Positions 44,413 through 53,635 of a stretch of DNA of 64,000 nucleotides are shown one piece after another. Under the pieces are notes generated by a model. The model saw only the letters and a list, made by a program, of their open reading frames with translations. It did not search any database and had not been told where the DNA came from. The translations under genes were made by a program, and so were the position numbers. Where the stretch lies: positions 64,078 to 128,077 of the forward strand of contig JAOPVP010000035.1 in assembly GCA_025966135.1 (NCBI GenBank), written 5' to 3'. The first letter of the stretch is position 1; each line of letters starts with the position of its first letter. The stretch comes from Frankiales bacterium. GTDB lineage: Bacteria; Actinomycetota; Actinomycetes; Mycobacteriales; SCTD01.

Positions 44413-46364
44413 GTCCCTCGGCCTTCCAGTACGGCGCCTGGGCAGGCGGCCGGGATCCGCTCGAGCCGCCGTTCGACGTGGCGCAGGCGGTCGACGAGAT
44501 CGGCGAGCGGGTCCTCAACGGGGACTCGCCGCGACAAGCGCTGCGGGACCTGCTGCGTCGCGGCACGGACGGCCTGCGCGGGCTGGACGACGTGCGCCGC
44601 AAGGTCGCCAAGCGGCAGCGAGAGGCTCGGCGGAAGGGCCAGCTCGACGGCACGCTGCAGGAGGTGCGCGAGCTGCTGGACAAGGCGGTCGAGCTCGAGA
44701 AGCAGGCCCTGTTCCCCGACCCCTCGGACGCCGCGCGGATGGCCGAGATGGAGCTCGACACCCTGCCGTCCGACACGGCCCGCGCGGTCCAGCAACTCGG
44801 GTCCTACGACTGGCAGAGCCCCGAGGCCCGCCAGACCTACGAGCAGATCCAGGACCTGTTGCGCCGGGAGGTCCTCGACAGCCAGTTCAAGGGCATGAAG
44901 CAGGCCCTGGAGAACGCCTCCCCTGAGGACATGCAGCGCGTCGAGGACATGCTCGCCGACCTCAACCAGATGCTCGAGGCCGATGCCCGTGGCGAGCACA
45001 CGCAGGAGCACTTCGAGCAGTTCATGGACAAGCACGGGGAGTTCTTCCCGTCTCAGCCAGGCACTCTCGAGGAGCTCGTCGACGACCTGGCCCGCCGCGC
45101 CGCCGCCGCCCAGCGGCTCATGGACTCGCTCACCCCTCAGCAGCGGCAGGAGCTCGGCGAGCTGATGCAGGGCGCCATGGACATGGACATGCAGGCGCAG
45201 ATGGCGCAGCTCGGCGACGCCCTCCGCAATGCCCGTCCCGACTTGCCCTGGGGCGGGCGGGAACGGATGTCCGGCGAGCAGGGCATGGGGATGGGTGAGG
45301 CCACCACGGCGCTCGAGGAGCTCGCCGACCTCGACGACCTCGAGGGCAGCCTCGGCCAGGACTACCCCGGCGCATCGTTGGACGACATCGACGAGGAGGC
45401 CGTACAGCGGGCTCTTGGCCGAGGCGCTCTGGACGACGTGCGTGCGCTGCAACGGATCGAGCGGGAGCTGCAGCTCCAGGGCTACCTGGTCCGCGACAGC
45501 AACGGCCGCCTCGAGCTCTCACCCCGGGCGGTACGGCGGCTCGGTGCGACCGCCCTGCGGAAGGTGTTCACGCAGCTGGACGCCAAGGGGCGCGGCGGTC
45601 ATGACGTGCGGGACGCCGGCGCGGCGGGGGACATCACCGGCAGCAGCCGCAGCTGGCAATTCGGCGACGAGCAGCCGCTGGACGTGGTCCGCACCGTGCG
45701 CAACGCCGTACTCCGCAGTGGTGTCGGGCCGGTGCATCTCCAGGTCGATGACTTCGAGGTGGTGGAGACCGAGCGCCGCACCACTGCGGCCGTCGCGCTG
45801 CTCGTCGACCTGTCGTTCTCGATGGAGCTGCGCGGGACCTGGGCCGCCGCCAAGCAGACCTCGCTCGCGTTGCACTCGCTGGTCACCACGCAGTTCCCGC
45901 AGGACGCGATCGAGATCATCGGTTTCAGCGACTACGCCCAGGTGCTCAAGGCCGAGCAGCTCGCCGGCCTCGACCCGCAACGGGTCCAGGGCACCAACCT
46001 GCAGCACGCCTTGATGCTCGCCGGCCGCTTCCTCGGCAAGCACCCGCAGGCCGAGCCGGTGGTACTGGTCGTCACCGACGGTGAGCCCACCGCTCACCTC
46101 ACCCGCGACGGGTACGCCGACTTCTGCTGGCCACCGATGCCGGAGACCCTCGAGCTGACGATGGCCGAGGTCGAGCGGATCACGCGGCGCGGCGCCACCA
46201 TCAACGTGTTCATGCTCGACGACGAGCCACGGCTGGTCTCGTTCGTCGAGCACCTCGCGGAGCGCAACGGTGGCCGGGTGTTCGCCGCCGACCCGGACCG
46301 GCTCGGGGAGTACGTCGTGAGCGACTACCTCCGCGCCCGCCGCGGGCGACACAGTGCCCACTGA
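44409..46364 (+). CDS. vWA-domain protein
   Basis: C-terminal MIDAS motif LLVDLSFSM...VVTDGEPT. Long acidic helical N-terminal region. Confidence 0.85.
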   Translation: MSPSAFQYGAWAGGRDPLEPPFDVAQAVDEIGERVLNGDSPRQALRDLLRRGTDGLRGLDDVRRKVAKRQREARRKGQLDGTLQEVRELLDKAVELEKQALFPDPSDAARMAEMELDTLPSDTARAVQQLGSYDWQSPEARQTYEQIQDLLRREVLDSQFKGMKQALENASPEDMQRVEDMLADLNQMLEADARGEHTQEHFEQFMDKHGEFFPSQPGTLEELVDDLARRAAAAQRLMDSLTPQQRQELGELMQGAMDMDMQAQMAQLGDALRNARPDLPWGGRERMSGEQGMGMGEATTALEELADLDDLEGSLGQDYPGASLDDIDEEAVQRALGRGALDDVRALQRIERELQLQGYLVRDSNGRLELSPRAVRRLGATALRKVFTQLDAKGRGGHDVRDAGAAGDITGSSRSWQFGDEQPLDVVRTVRNAVLRSGVGPVHLQVDDFEVVETERRTTAAVALLVDLSFSMELRGTWAAAKQTSLALHSLVTTQFPQDAIEIIGFSDYAQVLKAEQLAGLDPQRVQGTNLQHALMLAGRFLGKHPQAEPVVLVVTDGEPTAHLTRDGYADFCWPPMPETLELTMAEVERITRRGATINVFMLDDEPRLVSFVEHLAERNGGRVFAADPDRLGEYVVSDYLRARRGRHSAH

Positions 46365-46405
46365 CCAGACGCCCACTGACCAGACGCCCACTGACCAGAC
46401 GCCCA
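46356..46405. repeat. Perfect 15-nt tandem repeat, 3.3 copies (GCCCACTGACCAGAC)
   Basis: Read directly. It starts 6 nt before the vWA stop codon (TGA at 46362-46364, inside copy 1). Confidence 0.95.
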
Positions 46406-46479
46406 TGAGCGGCCCGGCAGGAGTTCCAGCGCGGGCGGCGAACCCTGCGGAGACGTCCGCTACGGCAGGAAGGTCTTCG

Positions 46480-46953
46480 ATGAACCCGCAGCTCGGCCGC
46501 TTCGGCGGCAAGGCAGGGCTCGCGCTGGTCGCCCTCGGTCTCGTCACCATCAGCGTCGCCTACAACGCCGTGGCCAGCCAGACCGCCCTGCTCGCTCAGA
46601 TGCCCTACGTCGTCTCCGGCGGCCTCGTCGGCGTCTGCCTGGTCATCGTCGGCGCGGCGGTGCTCGTGGTCCACAGTGCCCGAGAGGACCGCTCGCTGCT
46701 CGAAGTCAAGCTCGAGCAGCTCATCGATGCGGTGCTGACCGCAGGCGCCGGGGCTCGCCCGACGGCAATGCCGAGCGACGCCTCCGGCCTGGTCGTCGCC
46801 GGTAGGGCGAGCTTCCACGCGCCCAGTTGCCGGCTCGTCGATGGACGCGAGGCGACCCACGTCCTCACCGCCGACGAGGCCGGAGCGAGCGGCCTGAAGG
46901 CCTGCCGGATCTGCAAGCCGACGACCGCGCCGACCGACGTCTCCCTTGGCTAG
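46480..46953 (+). CDS. Membrane protein with C-terminal Ada-type Zn-binding-like motif
   Basis: ATG at 46480 follows GGAAGG. Two TM helices. C-terminus FHAPSCRLV...GLKACRICKP. Confidence 0.6.
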   Translation: MNPQLGRFGGKAGLALVALGLVTISVAYNAVASQTALLAQMPYVVSGGLVGVCLVIVGAAVLVVHSAREDRSLLEVKLEQLIDAVLTAGAGARPTAMPSDASGLVVAGRASFHAPSCRLVDGREATHVLTADEAGASGLKACRICKPTTAPTDVSLG

Positions 46954-47669
46954 GAGGCAACGGCCTCGCCGAGGTAGGTGCGGCGGAGTTCGCCGCTGCG
47001 CTCCAGCTCGCTGCCGCTGCCGTCGTAGGTCAACGTGCCCTTCTCCATGATGAGCGCCTGGTCGGCGTAGGGCAACACGCCGACGTTCTGCTCCACGATG
47101 ATGACCGTGGTGCCGTTGTCGTTGATCTTCGAGACGACCTCGAACACCGTCTGGGCCAGCTTCGGTGACAGGCCCAGCGAGGCCTCGTCGATCATGAGCA
47201 GCCGCGGACGGCTCATGATGGCCCGGCCGATGGCGAGCATCTGCTGCTCTCCCCCGGAGAGCGTCCCGGCCAGCTGATCCTTGCGCTCCTCGAGCCGCGG
47301 GAAGTACCCGAAGACCTGCTGCATGGTCTCCTCCGTACCGCGCCGGTCCTTCCGGCTCCAGGCGCCCAGCTCGAGGTTCTTGAGCACAGACAGGCCCGCC
47401 CACACCCGACGGCCTTCCGGCGCCAGGGACAGGCCGGCCTCCACGATCGCCTTGGCGCTCCTGCCCGACAGCCGTTGCCCGTCGAAGCGGACCTCCCCGC
47501 CCCACACAGGCAGCAGCCCTGCGAGGCAGTTGATGGTGGTCGTCTTCCCGGCGCCGTTGAGACCGAACACGACCGCCGTGGTGCCCTCCTCCACGGCGAA
47601 GGAGATGCCTTGCAGTACAGGCAATGCGCCGTACCCGGTGCGCAGCTCCTCGACCTCGAGCAGGCTCAT
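46950..47669 (-). CDS. livF: Branched-chain amino acid ABC transporter ATP-binding protein
   Basis: GLNGAGKTT, LSGGEQQML, LLMIDEASLGL. Confidence 0.85.
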   Translation of the reverse strand: MSLLEVEELRTGYGALPVLQGISFAVEEGTTAVVFGLNGAGKTTTINCLAGLLPVWGGEVRFDGQRLSGRSAKAIVEAGLSLAPEGRRVWAGLSVLKNLELGAWSRKDRRGTEETMQQVFGYFPRLEERKDQLAGTLSGGEQQMLAIGRAIMSRPRLLMIDEASLGLSPKLAQTVFEVVSKINDNGTTVIIVEQNVGVLPYADQALIMEKGTLTYDGSGSELERSGELRRTYLGEAVAS

Positions 47670-48487
47670 GCCGACCGCTCCCTGTCGTCACGCCTCTCGG
47701 CGGAGGCTGCCGCCAGCGCCTCGGGGGCTTCGCCCCCGAGGTAAGCCGCGATCACGTCGGGATGGCTCTGCACCTCGAGTGGCGTGCCCTGGGCGAGCAT
47801 CCGTCCGAAGTTGAGGACGTAGACGTGGTCGCAGACACGAAGCACCAGCGGCACGTGGTGCTCGATGACGAGCATCGTGAGGCCGAACTCCCGCCGCAGC
47901 ACGAGCAGCCGATCGCCGAGCTCGTCGCTCTCCTCGGGACCCATGCCCGAGGTCGGTTCGTCCAGCAGCAGGATGTCCGGGTCGGTGGCCAGCGCGCAGC
48001 CGAGCTCGAGCAGCTTGAGGGTGCCGTAGGACAGGCCGCCGACCCGCTTGTCACGCAGCTGCGCGAGGCCGAGCAGATCCAAGATCGCCTCGGCTCTGAC
48101 GGTCATCTCCCGCTCGCCCCGCCGGGTCTTGCCGACACCCAGCAGGCCGGACATCACGTCGTACCCGGCCTTGGCGTGCTGCGCGGTCTTGAGGTTCTCC
48201 AAGGCGGTCGCGCCCTTCACCATGCCGACGTTCTGGAAGGTCCTGCCGAAGCCCATCCGTGCCTTCACGTGCGGTGCCGTCTTGGTGACGTCCTTGCCGC
48301 GGTACGTGACGGCGCCGTCATGTGGCGTGTAGAAGCCGGTGATGCAGTTGAAGGCGGTGGTCTTGCCGGCGCCGTTGGGGCCGATCAGGCCGACGATCTC
48401 GAACTCGTTGACCTCGAGCGAGACCGCCTGCAGCGCCTGCAGCCCCCCGAAGCGGATGGACAGATCGCGCACCTCAAGCACGGACAT
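47666..48487 (-). CDS. livG: Branched-chain amino acid ABC transporter ATP-binding protein
   Basis: GPNGAGKTT and LSYGTLKLLEL. Starts MSVLEVRDLSIRFGG. ATGA overlap with livF. Confidence 0.85.
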   Translation of the reverse strand: MSVLEVRDLSIRFGGLQALQAVSLEVNEFEIVGLIGPNGAGKTTAFNCITGFYTPHDGAVTYRGKDVTKTAPHVKARMGFGRTFQNVGMVKGATALENLKTAQHAKAGYDVMSGLLGVGKTRRGEREMTVRAEAILDLLGLAQLRDKRVGGLSYGTLKLLELGCALATDPDILLLDEPTSGMGPEESDELGDRLLVLRREFGLTMLVIEHHVPLVLRVCDHVYVLNFGRMLAQGTPLEVQSHPDVIAAYLGGEAPEALAAASAERRDDRERSA

Positions 48488-49568
48488 TGGAGCCCTCCAC
48501 CGCGGCCGGGCCGCCGTCGTCGGCGTGCAGGGAGCGCTGCCCGCCCACGAGCAGGCGGGTGAGAGGTCGGATCTGCTGCCCGATGCCACCGGGGTAGCGC
48601 ACGATCGTGAGAATCAGGCCCAGCGCCCCGATGAAGCCCACGGCGAACTGCGGGGCGTTCTGGAAGGCGAACACGAAGTCGTTCACGTTGTGGACCCAGG
48701 TGTCGTGGAGCACGAAGTCGAGCGAGGCGAACAGCAGGCCGCCGAGCACGACACCGAGCCGAGAGCCAAGACCGCCCACCACGGTCAGCAGCACGAACGT
48801 CAGCGCCAGGTTGAACCCGAGCCCGGAGGCCGTGACAATGCCGATCCGGTAGGCGTACAACGCCCCCGCCACCCCGGCGAGCGTGCCCGAGAGCACGAAC
48901 GCGAACAGCTTGAACGCGGTGACGTTGATGCCGAACGCCTCCGCGACCCGCTCGTTCTCCTTGAGCGCCAGCAGGGCTCGGCCTGTCTTGGTGCGCAGCA
49001 GCACGAAGTCGAGGTAGACCGCGACCACCAGGAAGGCCAGGCAGAAGTAGAAGAAGCGGGTCTCGGAGAACAGCCACTCGGGGCGGTTCGCCGGCTGCCC
49101 CGCCCCGGCGTTGGTCAGCCAGGAGACCTCGAACAGCGAGTCCTCGAGCGTCAGGCCGAACACCAGCGTGATGAGAGCGAGGTAGAGGCCGGTGATGCGC
49201 AGGGCCACCATGCCCATGACCAGTGCGAACACCGCGCCCGACAGGCCGGCGAGGACGAACGTGACCGCGAACGGCACGTGCTGCACCGTCAGGGAGTACG
49301 CCGCCGCGAAGGCGCCGATGCCGAAGAAACCGTTGTGCCCAAGGGAGAGTTGCCCGGTGTAGCCGGTCACGATGTTGAGCGACAGGCCGACGATGGCGTA
49401 GATCGCCGCATCGGCGTAGATGGGGGCGTACTTCTCATCGGCTGGCATCCGGACCAGGAGCAGGTAGCCCAGGAGGCCGAGGACGGCCAGGCGCGGCACC
49501 CACCGCAGTGCCAGGTCAACCGCATGCGGACGGGCGACGGGTGTCGCCGCGGTGTCGACGGCCACCAT
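48474..49568 (-). CDS. livM: Branched-chain amino acid ABC transporter permease
   Basis: Polytopic, ..NIVTGYTGQLSLGHNGFFGIGA.. motif. Confidence 0.85.
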   Translation of the reverse strand: MVAVDTAATPVARPHAVDLALRWVPRLAVLGLLGYLLLVRMPADEKYAPIYADAAIYAIVGLSLNIVTGYTGQLSLGHNGFFGIGAFAAAYSLTVQHVPFAVTFVLAGLSGAVFALVMGMVALRITGLYLALITLVFGLTLEDSLFEVSWLTNAGAGQPANRPEWLFSETRFFYFCLAFLVVAVYLDFVLLRTKTGRALLALKENERVAEAFGINVTAFKLFAFVLSGTLAGVAGALYAYRIGIVTASGLGFNLALTFVLLTVVGGLGSRLGVVLGGLLFASLDFVLHDTWVHNVNDFVFAFQNAPQFAVGFIGALGLILTIVRYPGGIGQQIRPLTRLLVGGQRSLHADDGGPAAVEGSNVRA

Positions 49569-50479
49569 CAGGTCTCCTTGCCGAGCAGGCCAGCGGGACG
49601 GACCAGCAGCACCAGCAGCAGGGCCACGAACAGCGCGACCTTGCCGGCGCCCGGCAGGTTCTCCTTCGGGATGAGCGCCTGCGCCTCGGACTCGATGATG
49701 CCGATGACGATGCCGCCGACCAGCGCTCCAGGCAGGCTCGTGACGCCGCCGAAGACGGCCGCGGTGAAGGCCGGCACCAAGGCCAGCCCGGTGAGACTGC
49801 CCGGCGCGGCGAGGCCGATGGTGCCGGCGAGCAGGATGCCTGCGACCCCGGCCAGGAAGCCCGCGATCCCCCACGTGAGCGCGGAGATGCGCTCGACGCT
49901 GATGCCCACCAGACGGGCGGCCGTGGCCTCCTGTGACACCGCCAGGATCGCTGTGCCGAACGGGGACCGGCTGAAGAACAACGCCGCCAGGATCGACAGC
50001 ACGGCCAGGACGACGACGATCGCGACCCCCTGGTTCGTCACCCGGATGGCGCCGCTGTTGACCGCGTCACCGCTGAAGATGGCGGGGAAGCTGCCTGCCT
50101 CACCGCCGTACAGGAAGCCCTCGACAGCGATGAGCAGCAGGAGCACCCCGGCGGTCGCCACCACGACGGTGATCTTCGGGGCGTTGAACAGCGGCCGGAC
50201 GACCAGCCGTTCGGTGAGGAGCGCGACGAGGACCGCTGCGAGGATCCCGAGGAGCACGGCCACGGGGGTCGGCAGGTTGGGCAGGACGCCCCTGCCGGTG
50301 TCGAAGAAGATCCACACGAAGGCAGCCACGCCACCGAACTCCGCCTGCGCGAAGTTGAAGATGCGGTTGCTCTTGTAGAGCAGGACCAGTCCCAGGCCGA
50401 GGAGGCCGTAGACGGAGCCTTGGATGAAGCCTGAGACCGCAGGCGCGACGACGTCGAGTGCGAGCACCTCAGCGCTCAT
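49568..50479 (-). CDS. livH: Branched-chain amino acid ABC transporter permease
   Basis: Polytopic, ..GLVLLYKSNRIFNFAQAEF.. motif. Confidence 0.85.
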   Translation of the reverse strand: MSAEVLALDVVAPAVSGFIQGSVYGLLGLGLVLLYKSNRIFNFAQAEFGGVAAFVWIFFDTGRGVLPNLPTPVAVLLGILAAVLVALLTERLVVRPLFNAPKITVVVATAGVLLLLIAVEGFLYGGEAGSFPAIFSGDAVNSGAIRVTNQGVAIVVVLAVLSILAALFFSRSPFGTAILAVSQEATAARLVGISVERISALTWGIAGFLAGVAGILLAGTIGLAAPGSLTGLALVPAFTAAVFGGVTSLPGALVGGIVIGIIESEAQALIPKENLPGAGKVALFVALLLVLLVRPAGLLGKET

Positions 50480-51906
50480 CGGCGGTAGACACCGACGGTG
50501 TTGGACAGCCGCTGGGAGCAGTCCGCCGCGTTGGCGTACGCCGCCGAGCCGCCGAAGCGGGAGCCGCCGGCATAGCTGACCGGGCTGAACACGCCGCCGC
50601 GAAGGGTCGCCTGGGCCAGAGCTGCCGTGAACGACTCACGCGACAGCGGGCCCTTCACGAGGTCGAAGGCCTCGTTGAGCTGCTGCATCGCGCCCCAGAT
50701 GCCCAGCTCGATGTCGTCCGTGAGGTCGGCGGGGGCCCCGTACTTCGCTCGCTGGTTCCAGCTCGGCGACGGGTGCAGATAGAAGCCCTGGTAGCTGCTG
50801 TTGGCAGCGCAGGCCAGCGTGATGACGCTGCTGATGCCGAACGACGGACCGGGACCGGTGTAGACGGGGTTGATGGGGATGTTCCCGATCGAGCCGACGC
50901 ACTGGGCGAAGAAGGACGGCTGCCCGAGGAAGTAGATGACTTCGTAGCCACCCCCGCGGATCTGGGTCGCGAGGGTGCTGCAGTTGCTCGGCGCCTTGTC
51001 CGTCAGGTAGACGTCGTTTCCGGCGTTGAACGCACCGCTCTTGCCCTTGGCACCGTTTCGCTGCAGCTCCGAGACCATCGCCTCGCGAGCATCCTTGAAG
51101 TTCGGTGTGCCGGTGATGACCACGGCCCACTTCTTGCCGAAGTACCCCCGGTCCTTCGCGAGTCTGACGAGGAGCGGGGCCTGCTGCTTGTAGGTCAACG
51201 AGCTGGCGAAGTACGTGCTGATGTTGCCGAGCCCGGCTTCGGTGACGCCGGCCGAGAGGTACGGCACGTGCAGGCGTCGGAGCTTGGGGCTCTGGGCGCA
51301 GGCACTGATCTGGTCGGTGCCGGCTCCGCCGACGATGAGGAACTTGTCGTCGGCGGCGGCGTTGCAGGCACGGAGAGCATCGGCCGCGTTGTACTTGTCG
51401 TCGATGGCGACCGCGTCGATCTTGAAGCCGTTGGCGAGCGTGTGGTTCTTCCAGTACTTCGGGGTGCCCGAGGTGAAGCTGCTCTGCGGTACCCCCGCGC
51501 CGGTGAGCGGGCCGTGCAGAGCGATGTGGATGACCTTGTTCTTGAAGTCGATGCCGGTGGTCGTGCCCGCGCCGGGTTGAGGCGCACCGGGCACGCCGGA
51601 GGTGCCGGAGGTGCCCGAGGTGCCGGAGGTCCCGGACGTACCCGTGGTCCCCGAGGTGCCTGAGCTGCCGGAGGTGCCGGAGGTGCCCGACGTGCCAGAG
51701 GTCCCCGACGTCCCAGTGGTGCCGGACGACGTGCCGGTCGTGCCGGTTCCCGTGCTGTCGCCGCCGGTGGTACCGCCCAGGGCGCCGGCGCCGTTGAGGT
51801 TGCCTTGGGCGAGCTGGTCCTTGACCTCGGGCTTGAGGCCGCACGCCGCGAGGGCGGTGACCGCGATGAGGCTGAGCGCCAGGACGCGAGCGGGACTGCG
51901 GGGCAT
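50476..51906 (-). CDS. ABC transporter substrate-binding lipoprotein (LivJ-like) with long GTS-rich linker
   Basis: Lipobox LAAC. About 55 aa of (GTS)n low-complexity sequence precede a periplasmic-binding fold. Confidence 0.8.
   Translation of the reverse strand: MPRSPARVLALSLIAVTALAACGLKPEVKDQLAQGNLNGAGALGGTTGGDSTGTGTTGTSSGTTGTSGTSGTSGTSGTSGSSGTSGTTGTSGTSGTSGTSGTSGVPGAPQPGAGTTTGIDFKNKVIHIALHGPLTGAGVPQSSFTSGTPKYWKNHTLANGFKIDAVAIDDKYNAADALRACNAAADDKFLIVGGAGTDQISACAQSPKLRRLHVPYLSAGVTEAGLGNISTYFASSLTYKQQAPLLVRLAKDRGYFGKKWAVVITGTPNFKDAREAMVSELQRNGAKGKSGAFNAGNDVYLTDKAPSNCSTLATQIRGGGYEVIYFLGQPSFFAQCVGSIGNIPINPVYTGPGPSFGISSVITLACAANSSYQGFYLHPSPSWNQRAKYGAPADLTDDIELGIWGAMQQLNEAFDLVKGPLSRESFTAALAQATLRGGVFSPVSYAGGSRFGGSAAYANAADCSQRLSNTVGVYRR
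51595..51765. repeat. Imperfect 9-nt coding repeat encoding the (GTS)n linker
   Basis: Repeated GGAGGTGCC / GGAGGTCCC units on the + strand. Confidence 0.7.
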
Positions 51907-51935
51907 GAGGGGGCTCCTGGAAGAGGGGGCGGAGG

Positions 51936-53000
51936 TCAGAGGGAACGCAGGGCCTGGCTGGTCCCGCGGCGCTGCTGGGCAGCCAGGGCCTGCGACAGAC
52001 GGCTGTTGGACGCCGCCGCCGCCGGGACACGTGAGTCACCGAGGACGAGGCTCAGCAGCCCGAGGGCCGCGGCAACCGCGAAGGCGGCCAGCCAGAAGCC
52101 GGCGGTCGGGCGCAGCGAGGTCGACACGGCCGCGACCTTGCGGATGCTCGGGAGGGCTCGGCTCGCCACGCCCGGCCTGGGTACCTGGTTGACCGTCGGG
52201 TTCGGGACGACGGGTTGACCTGCATCTGGTGCGGGCGCGAGGCCGGTGTCCAGCGCTGGGGCAAGCCCACCGCCCGTGCCGGGGACGACGCCCGTGCCCA
52301 AAGGTGGCGAGGTGACAGCCGGCGTCGTGGCCTGCGGCTGCCGGGTCACCGTGTAGGCGACCGTCAGCGTGGCCGTGGACGCCTGGTCGAAGACGACCTG
52401 GAAGCTGCTGTTGGGCGACTCGTCGGCACGGGTGAACGCCACCCCGTCGTTCGCGCCGGTGACCCAGGTGCTCGCGAGGCCGGTGATGTCCCACTGGTAG
52501 GCCAAGCCATCGGCTGTCGCGGAGCCCTTCGCCGAGAACGCCTTGCACAGTCGGTCCGGGGCGTTCTGGGCCAGGCCCGCGCCGTCGTCGCCGCTGAAGC
52601 CCTTGTCGCCGGCCTTGCAGGCCGCGACCTTGTCGGGGGCGGCCTGGGCTGACACGTCCTCGGGCCCGAGCGGAACGAGCCGCATCGTCACGACAGCCTT
52701 GTCGACCCTGGCGCCCGTCGGCAGGCTGAACAGGTCGAAGTACAAGAAGCTGACCTTGTCCTCCTGACCGGCCTTGGCGGCCACGGCGAGGTGGCCCGCA
52801 GCGACGCCGTCCGCATCCCCGGTGAGGTTCGGCGGCGCCGCCGGCGACTGGTCCGGCTTGTCGAGACCCTGCGCGTAGAAGTACGCCGAGTTGGCGGGTG
52901 TCAGCGAGCCTGACTCGGCCTGGGCCGCACCCGCGCCGAACATGGGGACGCTCGCGCACGCGAGAGCCACCGCACCGAGAAGCCGTACCGCTCGAGACAT
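51936..53000 (-). CDS. Secreted protein with C-terminal TM anchor, function unknown
   Basis: Signal peptide ..GAGAAQA. Beta-rich domain, Pro-rich linker, C-terminal helix FWLAAFAVAAALGLLSLVL. Confidence 0.7.
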   Translation of the reverse strand: MSRAVRLLGAVALACASVPMFGAGAAQAESGSLTPANSAYFYAQGLDKPDQSPAAPPNLTGDADGVAAGHLAVAAKAGQEDKVSFLYFDLFSLPTGARVDKAVVTMRLVPLGPEDVSAQAAPDKVAACKAGDKGFSGDDGAGLAQNAPDRLCKAFSAKGSATADGLAYQWDITGLASTWVTGANDGVAFTRADESPNSSFQVVFDQASTATLTVAYTVTRQPQATTPAVTSPPLGTGVVPGTGGGLAPALDTGLAPAPDAGQPVVPNPTVNQVPRPGVASRALPSIRKVAAVSTSLRPTAGFWLAAFAVAAALGLLSLVLGDSRVPAAAASNSRLSQALAAQQRRGTSQALRSL

Positions 53001-53149
53001 CCCGACCTCCGCCGGACGTGACCCGCGTCACGTTCCGTCACCCAGGGTTCGGCGTGCTCGCCCACATTCCTGCCGCGCGACGACACCCGAGTGCCACGGA
53101 GCGGAAACGCCCCTGATCGGATCGCCCGGTCACCCACTAGCGTTTCTGT

Positions 53150-53614
53150 GTGCCGCCAGCGAACCCTGTGCCCGCCGCCAACCGACCCGTCGTCCGTATG
53201 GTCACCGCCGCCGACACCGCCGACCTGCGACGCACGGTGCTCCGCGGCGGACGTCCAGTTGCCCTCGACGGTGACGACCAACCCGCCTTCCACATCGGCG
53301 TGTACGACGGCGACGTCCTCCTCGCGACCGGCAACGTCCGCGTCTCCCCCGCCCCCTGGGCACCCGCCGAGCCCGCCTGGCGGCTGCGTGGGATGGCCAC
53401 AGCCGAAGGGCAGCGTGGCCGCGGCGTCGGTGCGCAGGTGCTGGACGCGCTGGTCGACCACTGCCGCGCCGAGGGCGGCGGGGTGCTGTGGTGCCACGCC
53501 CGTACGCCGGCGCAGCGCTTCTACGAGCGCGCCGGGCTGGTCACCAGGGGCGAGCCCTGGGACGACGGCGACCCCGTGATGGGGCCGCACGTCGTGATGT
53601 GGCGCCGGCTCTGA
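53150..53614 (+). CDS. GNAT-family N-acetyltransferase
   Basis: RGRGVGAQVLDALV acetyl-CoA loop. The start is uncertain (GTG 53150 or ATG 53198). Confidence 0.8.
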   Translation: MPPANPVPAANRPVVRMVTAADTADLRRTVLRGGRPVALDGDDQPAFHIGVYDGDVLLATGNVRVSPAPWAPAEPAWRLRGMATAEGQRGRGVGAQVLDALVDHCRAEGGGVLWCHARTPAQRFYERAGLVTRGEPWDDGDPVMGPHVVMWRRL

Positions 53615-53635
53615 ACCCCTGGGCGACCCGCTGGG

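Noticed and set aside
46356-46405. CRISPR array (this repeat, the 35175-35270 repeats and the 51595-51765 repeats were considered)
   Set aside because: The units are 9-15 nt, contiguous with no spacers, and mostly lie in coding sequence. No cas genes are present.
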